64,000 nucleotides of DNA from positions 512,001 to 576,000 of the forward strand of contig CAVYSW010000003.1 of NCBI GenBank assembly GCA_963771275.1, written 5' to 3'. The notes beneath the pieces were generated by a model. It made no database searches, was not told the origin of the DNA, and saw nothing but the letters and a program-made list of their open reading frames with translations. Below, one piece after another: positions 1 through 10,100 of the stretch. How positions within the stretch are numbered: the stretch's first letter is position 1; every line of letters begins with the position of its first letter. Made by a program: the position numbers and the translations under genes. Source of the DNA: an uncultured Gemmatimonadales bacterium (lineage in GTDB: Bacteria > Gemmatimonadota > Gemmatimonadetes > Gemmatimonadales > GWC2-71-9).

Positions 1-987
1 ATCGACGATCCTGGAGTCGGCGTCGTCCCACCGGCCCTCGAGCGCGAGGTCGGCAGCCAGTCGAACCAGGCTGTCCGCGACCCGCGTCCCCAGCTGCACA
101 GCCAGGACCCGATCCGCGCCCAGCTGATCCATGGCCGCGGCAGTTCTGGCAAAGCCGACAGCGGAAATGAGTGCCTGCTCACCGGCCATCTCCCCCAACA
201 ACAGCATGAGCGAGTCGTCACTCACTGAAATGGTGCGCCGCGCATCTGCCAAAATGACCAGACATTGCTCGCAGGCGCGCTCTACCCACCGGCGGCCGGC
301 GGCGCGCTCCACCTCGGTGTAGCGAAGCCCCGACACATACATCGCCACCGCCCACCGCTCGTCGGTCGTAAGCGCCACGTCGAACGACGGCATCGCCGTC
401 CCTGCAACACCGGCGCTGATTTTCCTGAAGAAGGCGAGCGGACTAGTCCCCAGGAGCCTGGGACGGTCGGTGAAGTCGGAGGGGGACGGAACGAGCCCGA
501 CGGCCCCCGGCCCATGACCGGACCCGTCAGCACCGTGGCACGCGGCGCACCGCGCGGCGTACACACGCGCCCCATCGGCAAGCGACGGCGCCCGTTGCGG
601 GAGCGGATCAAGGGCGATGCCCAGCCCCCTGGCCAGCGCGGCCCGCACCGAGTCCACACCGGCCCGCAGATCCTCCGGATTCTGCAAGGCCGCCACACCA
701 CCGCGCAGACGCGCGAGGATCGGCGTCAGCTCGGCCCGCAGGGATTCCGGGAGCGCCGCCGCGGTCTTCCCGGCGTCCTCCAGGAGCAGGCGCGCTTCGC
801 GCAGCTCGTCCGGGCTGGTGACCTGCCCATCCGACACCCCCCGCGCATACTCGTCGAGTGCAATCGACAGCGTCCCCGCCAAGCGGCGCGCCGTGGCCGC
901 CGGTTGGTCTTGGGCTTCCGCCGCCGGTGGCAGAAGCACCGCCCCGGCAACGAGAAGCGCCGCAGCGCGGAGGTGGTTGAGACTCAT
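1..987 (-). CDS. Cytochrome c / FTR1-type (PbrT-like) iron permease, N-terminal part; runs off the window edge
   Basis: Not in the ORF track; translated by hand from ATG 987: signal peptide MSLNHLRAAALLVAGAVLLPPAAEA, then ARRLAGTLSIALDEYARGV, heme motif CAACH and GTAMPSF (axial Met). No stop found in the translated segments. The permease domain is inferred to lie beyond the window. Confidence 0.75.
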   Translation of the reverse strand, partial: MSLNHLRAAALLVAGAVLLPPAAEAQDQPAATARRLAGTLSIALDEYARGVSDGQVTSPDELREARLLLEDAGKTAAALPESLRAELTPILARLRGGVAALQNPEDLRAGVDSVRAALARGLGIALDPLPQRAPSLADGARVYAARCAACHGADGSGHGPGAVGLVPSPSDFTDRPRLLGTSPLAFFRKISAGVAGTAMPSFDVALTTDERWAVAMYVSGLRYTEVERAAGRRWVERACEQCLVILADARRTISVSDDSLMLLLGEMAGEQALISAVGFARTAAAMDQLGADRVLAVQLGTRVADSLVRLAADLALEGRWDDADSRIVD

Positions 988-1045
988 TCTCAGATCGTCC
1001 GAGCCCGAATGCTAGAGCCGGCCGGGCGGGACGGCAACCGGGGAT

Positions 1046-1426
1046 TCAAACGACGAGCGCAACCGCTGCGGCGAGGTCGTCGGTATGGGTCAGGGACAGC
1101 AGCACTTGGGTGGCTTCGAGTGCCGATAGTCGCCGGGCTGCGCTGCCCGACAGATGGACCTCCGGGCGCCCGTCCGGATCGCGCACGACCTCGATCTCCC
1201 GCCACCCGATTCCGCGCGCGTCCTCACTGCCCTGCAGCGCCTTGTAGACCGCCTCCTTTGCGGCGACGCGGGCTGCCACGTGCCGCGCCGGAGCCGCCAT
1301 CTTGAGGCAGTAGTCCCGCTCACCATCCGTGAGCAGGCGCTCGAGCGCCCGCGTCCCGTGATGCGCCAGCAGTCGCTCGATCCGCGCGACCGCCACGAGG
1401 TCGAGGCCGATCCCGCGCACGCTCAC
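1046..1426 (-). CDS. acpS: Holo-ACP synthase (4'-phosphopantetheinyl transferase)
   Basis: GIGLDLV, RVAAKEAVYKALG-like motif (RVAAKEAVYKALQG), EIEV..GRP, LSLTH; GTG start overlaps the upstream stop (GTGA). Confidence 0.93.
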   Translation of the reverse strand: MSVRGIGLDLVAVARIERLLAHHGTRALERLLTDGERDYCLKMAAPARHVAARVAAKEAVYKALQGSEDARGIGWREIEVVRDPDGRPEVHLSGSAARRLSALEATQVLLSLTHTDDLAAAVALVV

Positions 1427-3537
1427 GGCACCCTCGCCACAAACACCCGGCGACGGAGCACGGTGCCGCCGATCTCCAGCACCGCCACGTACCCGCCGTT
1501 GCCAACCGGTGCGCCGGCCGTGTTCACGAGGTCCCACGCCGCCTGGCCGTCGCCACCCGCCACCGTGGCTCGGTACACCAGCGCCCCCGTGAACGTGAAG
1601 ATCGACAGACGACCGTTTTCGGCCGTGCGGCTCCATGTGAAGAACAGGCGGCCCGATCGTACCGGGTTCTCCGAGACATCGAGCACCCCCTGCGCCACCG
1701 TGATGTCCGGCGTGATCGGCGTCCCGACGACGTGAATGGCGTCGAGGTCCCAAGGCATGTCGCGGGCCTCGAACCGGAGCCGGAGCCGATCGGCCGCGGG
1801 GAGCGGCACCTGCACCGGGTACCACACCGGCGCCGCCCCTTCGACCACCGCGAGCGGGGTCCAGGTCGCGCCGTCGTCAACCGAGCAGTCCACTTCCCCA
1901 AGGTGGTCGGGCAGGAAGAGCGACCCCGCGTGGCGGGTCCAGAAGATCAGCCGTTGCCCGCTGAACCCGGACAGGGTGAGATCGGGCGACGTGAGGGTGT
2001 CGCGGGCCCCGGTCCAGTAGCGAGTGCCCTCGACGGCGTCGACGGAGTCGCGGGTCCATCCGGTCCAGCCGGTCGAGCCTTCTGCCCCCTCCGCCGCGAG
2101 CACCTGTTGACGCAGCCCGAGCTCCGGCACCGCCAGCTGCACGCCCGCCGCCTCCCGGCCCAGCGGGCCGCGCCAGCGCCAGCGCAGGCGTCCGCGATCG
2201 AGCGAGTCCGCCACCAGGCTCACCGTCCCGCGCGCGGCCCCGACCCCCACGTCGATGACCCGCGTTGCGGGGCCGGGCGCGGCGGACAGCCACACCTCCG
2301 GCCACGCGGACTCGAGCAGTGCGTCGACCGGGGCGCCGCCCGGGCGCAGGTCGGCCGCACCCTCCAGGCGGGCCAGGGCGAACGGCAGATTGTCGCTCAC
2401 GACCCGCGCCACGATCGCCGAGTCATCGGGCAGCAGGAAGCCGTACGACGCCCCAGCGACGCAGCAGCCCGCCGTCAGCTCCACCGTGAAGGCCATCGTG
2501 CCGAACGCGCGATACGCCCACTCGGCGTACTCGCCGTTCGTGGGGTACAGCTGCCACGCCGGCCCGGGGTGGTACTTCGGCCGCGTCGTCCCGGGAAGCT
2601 GATCCAGAATCGCGGGCTCGAGCGGGGTGCCGGCGAGGGTGGTGAAGACGGGGGCGTCCGCCGTGACGCGGCCGTAGGTGTATCCGTACGGATAGAGGAT
2701 CAGGTCGCTGTAGCTGTGGTACGAGATCGCCACGTCGGGCGGATGACTCCGATGGAACGCAACCAGCGCCTGCGTCTCCGGTTCCGACGCCGGGCCCGGA
2801 CCACGGTATGTCTCCGCGCCCGGGACGGCGCTCGAGCCGAAGTCGTCCACACCCCAGAACGCCGGATAGTTCCGGTTGAGGTCCACGCCGCGCGTGCCGT
2901 CCGCGTTGAGCCGCCGGTTCTTGCGCCACAGGCGATCGACGTCGAATGTGTACTGATACCCGTCCGGATTGACGACCGGCACGACCCACACGTCGCGCGC
3001 GGCCAGCAGCGCTGCGCCAGCCGGCGTGGCTGGCAGCGAATCCGCCAGGTACTCGATCAGCCGCAGCGCCATTTCCGCGGAAATCCACTCCCGCGCGTGA
3101 TGGGCCCCGAGGTACAGCACGTTCGGGCGCTCCGGCGCGTCGTCCGCCGCGCCGATCTTCACCGCGAGGATCGGCCGACCCTCACCGGTGGCGCCGATCG
3201 TGTCCACCACCATGGGCCGGCCGCGCGCGACGAGCCCGGCGAGCGCATCGGCGATCGCGGGATAGTCGTGGAAGTTCACCGGGGGCGCGGCCGGCGCGGG
3301 GGGCGCCGCGACCACCTCGAGGCCCCCCGCGGCGAGCGCGGCGCGGTCGGCGGGCGTCGCAACGACGAGCGCGTAGTCCACACCCCCCACCCGCTCGACG
3401 CCGGCCACCTCGAACCCGGCCCGCGCCAGCGCGTCGAGCACCGGGAGCGAGTCGAGGCGCACGCGCGTCACGGCAAGCTGCTGCGCGTGCGCGGTCCCGC
3501 CGACCAGCAGTCCGACCACGAGCAGCGTCCGTCTCAC
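1423..3537 (-). CDS. Secreted M14 zinc carboxypeptidase (carboxypeptidase T-like) with a C-terminal FlgD-Ig/T9SS-CTD-like domain
   Basis: Signal peptide VRRTLLVVGLLVGGTAHA; HAREWIS, NPDG, WRKNR, DLNRNY, HSY and VEL motifs; C-terminus NPV..LSIFTFTG..WDL.N..G..V..G.Y; GTG start overlaps the upstream TGA. Confidence 0.88.
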   Translation of the reverse strand: MRRTLLVVGLLVGGTAHAQQLAVTRVRLDSLPVLDALARAGFEVAGVERVGGVDYALVVATPADRAALAAGGLEVVAAPPAPAAPPVNFHDYPAIADALAGLVARGRPMVVDTIGATGEGRPILAVKIGAADDAPERPNVLYLGAHHAREWISAEMALRLIEYLADSLPATPAGAALLAARDVWVVPVVNPDGYQYTFDVDRLWRKNRRLNADGTRGVDLNRNYPAFWGVDDFGSSAVPGAETYRGPGPASEPETQALVAFHRSHPPDVAISYHSYSDLILYPYGYTYGRVTADAPVFTTLAGTPLEPAILDQLPGTTRPKYHPGPAWQLYPTNGEYAEWAYRAFGTMAFTVELTAGCCVAGASYGFLLPDDSAIVARVVSDNLPFALARLEGAADLRPGGAPVDALLESAWPEVWLSAAPGPATRVIDVGVGAARGTVSLVADSLDRGRLRWRWRGPLGREAAGVQLAVPELGLRQQVLAAEGAEGSTGWTGWTRDSVDAVEGTRYWTGARDTLTSPDLTLSGFSGQRLIFWTRHAGSLFLPDHLGEVDCSVDDGATWTPLAVVEGAAPVWYPVQVPLPAADRLRLRFEARDMPWDLDAIHVVGTPITPDITVAQGVLDVSENPVRSGRLFFTWSRTAENGRLSIFTFTGALVYRATVAGGDGQAAWDLVNTAGAPVGNGGYVAVLEIGGTVLRRRVFVARVP

Positions 3538-4271
3538 GGGAGCCAGGCCCACAAGGCCGAGAGCCAACGCGGCGCGGGCAGGTAGCCGCCCATGACGAGT
3601 CCCATCAGGGCGGCGGCGCCGAGCACCGGGACGCCCACCGCCACCACTGGCCACATCGGCCGGCGCCAGCGCGCGATGCCGGCGGCCACCTCGGCCCACC
3701 GCACGAGCTCGGCGGCGACCTGATCTTCGAGCCCGAGCCACGCGGCTTCGAAGCGTCGCGCCGCAACGAGCAACGCCTCCTGCCACGCGTCGAGCGCGGC
3801 CCGCTCGACGGCCGTCGCGCCGCGCAGCCGCTCGGCGCGCTCGTGCAGCGCGTCCAGCGCGGGCACCAATCCGGCTCCCACCGCCCCCAGTCTGCCGCCG
3901 ATCCCACGGACCTCGGCCGTGTCGAGCGGGGCCCGCCGGCGCAGGCGGCGGGGCATCCGCACGGCGCCCGCCTCGGCCGCCAGGCATGCGTTCACGTGCG
4001 CGACCAGGGTCGCCGCGACACCCTTGACGGCCTCTTCCCAGGCGTCGAGCCAGACCTGCGCGTCGAGCGCGCGCAGGGCCCCCTCCCGGTCGCCTTCCGC
4101 CGCCAGTCGCCGCGCCTCGCCCGATGCCTCGAACAGCCGGGAGAGCGACTGGAGGCGGTTGGCGTCGAGCGGCAGGCCCGGGACCGTGGAGCTCGTCCCC
4201 GTGAGCACGCGGCCGAGCGACGGGCCCAGCTCGGGCACCCGGATCGGCAACAGCAGCTGGGGACCGGTCAT
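3534..4271 (-). CDS. Hypothetical alpha-helical protein with a C-terminal membrane anchor
   Basis: MTGPQLLLPIRVPELGPSLGR...; ATGA overlap with the HAD gene; hydrophobic C-terminal segment WPVVAVGVPVLGAAALMGLVMGG. Confidence 0.7.
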   Translation of the reverse strand: MTGPQLLLPIRVPELGPSLGRVLTGTSSTVPGLPLDANRLQSLSRLFEASGEARRLAAEGDREGALRALDAQVWLDAWEEAVKGVAATLVAHVNACLAAEAGAVRMPRRLRRRAPLDTAEVRGIGGRLGAVGAGLVPALDALHERAERLRGATAVERAALDAWQEALLVAARRFEAAWLGLEDQVAAELVRWAEVAAGIARWRRPMWPVVAVGVPVLGAAALMGLVMGGYLPAPRWLSALWAWLP

Positions 4272-4963
4272 GCGTAGATCGCCGCGAGCACCCGGTCCGG
4301 CTCGGAGAGATCGTCGAACACCGCGTAGGCGCCGGCCGCGGCGAGCGCGGCGGAGCCGTACGAGCCGGTGGCGACGCCGATCGGGCGGGCGGCGACGCCG
4401 TCGCCGCACGTCATGTCCGCCGGCGTATCCCCCAGGATCACGATCTCCGCCCCCCGCAGCTCGCGCCCGACCAACGCGGCCGCGCGGCGCGCCGCGATCG
4501 CGGGAAGCGCTGCCCGGTCGGCGTGATCGGAGCCGAACGCCCCGACGCGGAAGCGCTCATAGGCGATGCCGCCCGATTCGAGCTTGAGCCGCGCCCCCTC
4601 GGCGAGGTTGCCGGTGAGCAGCCCCAGGAGGGCGTCGCCCCGGGCGTCGAGCAGATCGAGCAGCGCGCGTACGCCGGGGTACACCGCAGTCGTGTGGTCC
4701 CCGCGCGCCAGCTCAGTCGCCAGCAGGTCGACATAGCGGCGGCACACCGCGGCGATCCGCGCCGCGTCGTCCGCCCCGGGGTGGTTCGTGACCTGCAGAA
4801 GCTCCCGCACGATCTGGGGATCGGTCTTGCCATCGAACCGCACGACGTGCTCGGGCGGAGCGGCGCCGAACTCCTCGGCGAGCGCCGCGTGAATCGCCCG
4901 GCGGCCGGCGCCGTGGGTGTGCAGCAGCGTGCCGTCGATGTCGAACAGGACGAGCTTGCGCAT
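4268..4963 (-). CDS. HAD-superfamily hydrolase (phosphoglycolate phosphatase-like)
   Basis: Motif I FDIDGTL, motif II LLTGN, motif IV GDTPAD. Confidence 0.9.
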   Translation of the reverse strand: MRKLVLFDIDGTLLHTHGAGRRAIHAALAEEFGAAPPEHVVRFDGKTDPQIVRELLQVTNHPGADDAARIAAVCRRYVDLLATELARGDHTTAVYPGVRALLDLLDARGDALLGLLTGNLAEGARLKLESGGIAYERFRVGAFGSDHADRAALPAIAARRAAALVGRELRGAEIVILGDTPADMTCGDGVAARPIGVATGSYGSAALAAAGAYAVFDDLSEPDRVLAAIYA

Positions 4964-5039
4964 CTGCGTCGGAAGATACGGCGGGGCGGAAACGCCTGGT
5001 AGCGTGGCGGCAGGGGCGGCGCGACCGGCCGGCGGCGCG

Positions 5040-5999
5040 TCAGCGCGGCGCGTCGGCCAGACCCGGAACGCTCACTGTCCCTCGCGCCTGAGTCACGCCG
5101 CGCTCGATCGCGGCGGTGACGGCGTCCTGTGCCAGCAGCTCGACAACGAGCGGGTCTGCCGCCACCGTGCCTCCCGCCGACACCGCAAAGACGACGTCGC
5201 CGTCCACCGCGGTCCCCACCGGCCGGATGCGCCACGACAGGGCGTCCGCCGCCGCCCGCGCTACTTCGGCCAGCGCCGGGCGATCCAGCCCGGCGTTCGT
5301 GCCGACCACGACGAGCGTGGTGTGTCCGAACCGCTGCGCGGGCGCCCCACCGGCGATCAGGTGGGCACGCGCGTCCGCGAAGCCGTTTCCCGCGCGCGCA
5401 CCGGCCAGGATGCGCCCGGCGGCGTCCACCACGTCGCCGTAGGCATTGACCACCGCCAGCGCGCCCACGATCACGGCGCCGCGCGTGAGGGCCGAGGTGC
5501 CGACTCCCCCTTTCATGGCCCGCTCGGGACCGAGCACTTTCCCCACGGTGGCCCCGGTTCCCGCCCCGACGGACCCTTCGGCGACGTCCGGCCCCGCCGC
5601 GTCGCACGCGGCGTACCCCTCGGCCGGGCCCGGCCAGCGATCGGCCCGTCCGATGGGCGCGAGGTCGAACACCACGGCCGCCGGCACGATCGGCACCACC
5701 GTGACGCCGGCCGCAAACCCGCGACCCCGCTCCGCCAGCCAGCGGACGACGCCGTCCGCCGCGCCGAGGCCGTAGGCCGATCCGCCGCTCAGCAGGATCG
5801 CGTCGACGCGGGGCACCAGGTGTCTCGGGGAGAGGGCGTCGAATTCCCGCGTGCCGGTGGCGCGCCCGCGAATGTACCCCGCGGCCGCCATGCCCTCGGG
5901 GGGGCCCAGCACCACGGTACAGCCGGTTCCGGCAACGCCGTCGGTCCAATGGCCAACGGCGACCCCCGGGACGGCGGTGAGCGTCGCGCGACTGGTCAG
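5040..5999 (-). CDS. P1/S58 family peptidase (DmpA-like L-aminopeptidase/D-esterase)
   Basis: LTAVPGVAVGH, GCTVV, GTRE, LSGGSAYGL, GSVGAGTGA, HTTL, DGD motifs; the conserved N-terminus needs a CTG start at 5999. Confidence 0.85.
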   Translation of the reverse strand: MTSRATLTAVPGVAVGHWTDGVAGTGCTVVLGPPEGMAAAGYIRGRATGTREFDALSPRHLVPRVDAILLSGGSAYGLGAADGVVRWLAERGRGFAAGVTVVPIVPAAVVFDLAPIGRADRWPGPAEGYAACDAAGPDVAEGSVGAGTGATVGKVLGPERAMKGGVGTSALTRGAVIVGALAVVNAYGDVVDAAGRILAGARAGNGFADARAHLIAGGAPAQRFGHTTLVVVGTNAGLDRPALAEVARAAADALSWRIRPVGTAVDGDVVFAVSAGGTVAADPLVVELLAQDAVTAAIERGVTQARGTVSVPGLADAPR

Positions 6000-6190
6000 A
6001 GGCTACCGGGGGTGGAGCCCGTCGGGGCCGCCCCGCCGCGCTGCTCCGCGCAGGCCTTGCAGAGCGTGATGCCCTTGAGCGAGCAGATCAGGCAGATGAA
6101 GGTGCCGCACATCTCGCACGGGTAGCCTTCCGAGGCCCGCTCCTCGTTGCCGCAGGCGCGGCACACCATCGCGTCGGTTTCGTTGGGCAC
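5996..6190 (-). CDS. Small Cys-rich putative zinc-finger protein (four CxxC)
   Basis: CRAC/CEMC/CLIC/CKAC; SD GAGGAGG before GTG; stop overlaps the next gene. Confidence 0.8.
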   Translation of the reverse strand: MPNETDAMVCRACGNEERASEGYPCEMCGTFICLICSLKGITLCKACAEQRGGAAPTGSTPGSL

Positions 6191-6249
6191 GTCGCCTCCT
6201 CACCCGGCGTCGGGGGCACGTCTGATCATAGTGTCCCGCCCGGTGCGCG

Positions 6250-7152
6250 TCACCCTCGCCGCCGGCCGGCGGTCATCACGCGCAGCGTCCCGGCGAGCAG
6301 CTCGGCGGTGAACGGCGTCCGGCCGGCGGCCTCGCCGTCCGTCTGCACGACGCGCGCCGGCTCCATCTCCACCGTCACGACCGATCCGCGGGCGCGGCGC
6401 ACGTTGTCGCTTCCCCCGCCGGCCCCGCTGATCCACTGCACCAGCACCGCCGCGCTCTGCACGAACCCCTCGCCCCGCAGCATGACGACGTCGAACAGTC
6501 CGTCGTCGAGCTCCACGCCGGGCCCGAATCGCAGGAACGGCGGCACGAACTCGCTGCAGTTGGCCACCATCACCGTCGCGGCCTCGCCATCGAGGCGGGC
6601 CCCGTCCACGGTCACGCGGTAGGGGACGTTGCGCACCGTCCCGATCGTCTCCCACGCGCGCGCGATGTACGCCCCCATCTTCCACCGCCGCTTGGCCGCC
6701 GTCGTCGTCGTCGCCATGAGATCGGCGTCGAACCCGGCGCCGCACGCCACGGCGAAGTAGCGCGTCCCGTCGTCCCGCTCCAGCCTCCCGAGGTCGACCG
6801 CGCGCGGCGTGCCCCGGGTGATGACGAGCGCGGCCCGGGTCGGGTCGCGCGGCAGCCGGAGGTTGCCCGCGAGCAGGTTGCCGGTGCCCCCGGGGATCAG
6901 CGCGAGCGGGAGATCGTGACCCTGCATGCCCTTCACGGCCTGCATCGCGGTTCCGTCACCACCGTACACCGTGACCACGTCCACGCCCGCACGCACGCCA
7001 TCGGCCGCGAGCTCGGCAGCGTGGCCGGCATGCTTCGTCTTCTCGATGTCGACCCGCCAACCCTCGCGGCGGAGCACGCTCCGCACCGTGCGCAGGACCC
7101 TTGGGTCCGTGCGCGCCGCCGCCGGATTGGCGATGATCAGGGTGTGGGACAT
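6250..7152 (-). CDS. Diacylglycerol/lipid kinase family protein (YegS/DgkB-like)
   Basis: IANPAA, GGDGT, IPGGTGNLLA, GAGFDA, DDGLFDV, QTDGE; ATG overlaps the tamB stop (TGATG). Confidence 0.9.
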   Translation of the reverse strand: MSHTLIIANPAAARTDPRVLRTVRSVLRREGWRVDIEKTKHAGHAAELAADGVRAGVDVVTVYGGDGTAMQAVKGMQGHDLPLALIPGGTGNLLAGNLRLPRDPTRAALVITRGTPRAVDLGRLERDDGTRYFAVACGAGFDADLMATTTTAAKRRWKMGAYIARAWETIGTVRNVPYRVTVDGARLDGEAATVMVANCSEFVPPFLRFGPGVELDDGLFDVVMLRGEGFVQSAAVLVQWISGAGGGSDNVRRARGSVVTVEMEPARVVQTDGEAAGRTPFTAELLAGTLRVMTAGRRRG

Positions 7153-10100
7153 CAGAACCGTCGCTCCCACTGCACGTCGATACCGAGCTGGAGCTGGGTC
7201 CCGAAGCTCCCCGTCCCGGACAGGCTGCAGATGCGCACCGGGTCGGCGCTCGCGAGCAGGCTCCAGTGCTGCGCCACGCGGAACTCGAGGGTTCCGCCGA
7301 CGTTCTGCAGGGTGAAGGCCTGCTTGCGACAGAGGCGGGGACTCACCGTGAGGAACCACCGGTCCCCGATCTGGCGGCCGAACGCGATCTCCGTGGCTTC
7401 CAGGCCCCGGGCGCCAAATTGGGGCCGGACCTCGAGGAAGTCGAGCGGGATGCCCAAGTCGGCGATCAGCTGCCCGCCGAGCGAGCCGGTGATCTGGCTG
7501 CTGAGCGAGGTGAGGCTCTCCAGTCCGTAGCGGCCCGCCTCGCCGCTCGCCGCCGCTGCCGATGGAGCTCCGAGCACCAGGTACGACAGCACCTCGGCAT
7601 CGGTGAGCGGCGGCTGCACGTCGCTCGACAGCTTGAGCTGCGGCACGAGGATCGTGCCGCCCAGATGGACGTAGACCTGCACCACCTCGCCCCGGGTGCC
7701 GCGCAACTGGTGGCGCGCGTCGATGTCGATCGCCGCGTTGAAGTCCGGTGTGCCGAAGTACCGGACCTCTCCGCGCGTGACGGTGAACGTCTCTCGCTTG
7801 CCGGGCAGGAACAGTTGGTACGTCCCGCGCGGCGTCCGCAGCGTGCCGTCGATGCGGTACTGGTCCCGGACCTTGTTGACGGTCACCTGGCCGGTGAGGA
7901 AAATATCGGCCTCGTTCGAGCGCAGATGAACGTCGTTTCCCATCGTGAGCACCAGTCCCGCGATTCTGAGACTGTCGAGAAAGCGGCTCTCGAAGCTCGG
8001 GCCGAGCCCCTGCTGCCGGATCAAAGCCGCCGTCGCCGAGTCGAGGACCCCGAGCGTGTCCTCGAGGTTCACGATCTGCTTCTCGACGATGTCCGCGAAG
8101 TGCACCACGCCCCGCGGGAGCGTTCCGGCGCCCGTGAGCACCGCCCCGTACACGGGCCCGGTAAGCTTGACGGCTCCGGACGTCGTCAGGGCCAGGAAGT
8201 CGCGAATGTCGAGCGCCCGGAAATTGTCCGCGGCGATCGACAAATCGAGTATCGGGCGCGTGAGCCCGGCCAGCTGCACGGTACCCCGCACCGCCGCCGT
8301 CCCTTCGCCGCTCACGGCGCTCAGCGTGTCCACCCGGATCGTATCGCCACTGAGCACCAGCCGGCCGAATATCTGCTGATGCCGGACGCCGAGCGCCGGG
8401 AACGTCGCGGCACCGTCACGGATCTCTGCCGATCCGGTCAGCCGCGGCGCCTCCCACGTGCCCGCGATGCCGAGGTCCACCCAGAGCCGGCCCTCCGTCC
8501 GTCGCACCATCGGCGTGATGGCGCTGAGCAGGCTCAGGTCCACGCCGTCCGCGCGGCCGCGGACGGTGATCGGACCGGGCAGGCGGCGTCGCTCCACCGC
8601 ACGGAATCCCAGGTCGATCGGCAGGTCGAGCTCGACGGTCATGATGCGCGCGCCGGCGCGCCACGACTCGAGTGTCCCGGTGAGCTGCCGGCTCCCGTAG
8701 CGGACCGTGCCCTGGACGAGCGGCGTGCGAAACTCGCTGAACACGGCGTCGCGCATCGAGAACGACCCGTCGATCTGGGGGGCGGCGGCGGTGCCTCCGA
8801 TCCGGAACGTGCCGCTCAGCTCGCCGGCCACCGCCCCGGTATCGCGCTGCAGCAGGGCCGCCACATCCGGCAGCGGCAGGGCCTCGAGGCTGCCCTCCAG
8901 CGTCGCCGGGCCCGTGCGAGGCACGGCGCCCCGGAAGGCGACGCGCGACCGGCCGTCGAGGGTGGTCAGGGTCATGCCGGTAAGAGCGATCGCGCTGTCG
9001 CCGACGGTAGCGGTCGCGCCCGGCTCGAGCCGCCACCGATCCGTCGCCGCCGCCAGCGCCAGGGAATCGAACCGCACCACAAAGTCCCCCGCCCGCGCGA
9101 ACCAGGTCCCACCCGCCCGCACCGCTGCCGCCTCGCCGACGCCGCCCAGCACGATCCAGTTGAGCGAGTCCGCGCGCCCTACGACCGCTGCCACGAGATC
9201 GGCGAATCCGCGCTCGCCGACGAACGCGGAATCCACGTTCACTTGTGCCGCGATCGCCCCGCGACCCCCGGCATCGAACCGTCCGACGCTGCGGGCGCCG
9301 CGCAGGCGGAACGCGTTCCAGATGAGCCGCGGGCCCTCGAGGCTCCAGGCGGCCGACAGCCGATCGAGCGACCCGGACAGCGTGACGCGTCCGCGCACCG
9401 TGCCGCGCAGAGTGTCGCCCGCGAGCGCCGCCGTATCACGCCCGGCGAGCTGCAGCAACAACGGCGCGAGCGACCCCAGTGAGTCGACCTGGACCTGGAG
9501 CGGCAGGGAATCGCTCCGCGACGCGTCCAGGCCGAGGCCGCCTCGACCCGCGAACGTCACGCCGCGCGTCCGCAGCTCCAGCGTGTCCGCCAGCAGCACG
9601 CTGTCGCGCACCCGCACGTGGGCGCGCAGGGTGTCGAGCCGCGCGTCGCCGAGCAGCGACGGTCCGAGCACGAGCCGCAGGTCCATCACCGGGGGCGCGA
9701 GCGAGTCGACCTCCACGTTGCCCGTGAGGGTTCCGTTCAGCGCCGTGCCGTGCAGGCGCCGCTCGAGCGGCTCGAGCGTGAGCCCGCGGAACCGGACGTC
9801 CAGGTCGTGAGCCCCCAACCGTGACGCCACTAGGACGACGGTTCCCCCCCCTCGCAGCGCGCCGGTCGGGCCCGCGAGATCGAGGTCGAGCGACAGGGCG
9901 TCAAGGTACCCAGCAAGCCGAACTTCGCCGGCCATGGCGCCCGCGAGCGGGACCTGGGGGTAGCTGGGGCGCACGCCATCGTATTGCAGCGAGTCAAACC
10001 GGAGCGATCCCCAGACCCCCACCGTGTCGCGGCGGGTGTCGAGCCGGATCGTCCCGTCGGCGTGCGAAACCGGGAGATCGCCGTCGATGTGCGCCAGCAA

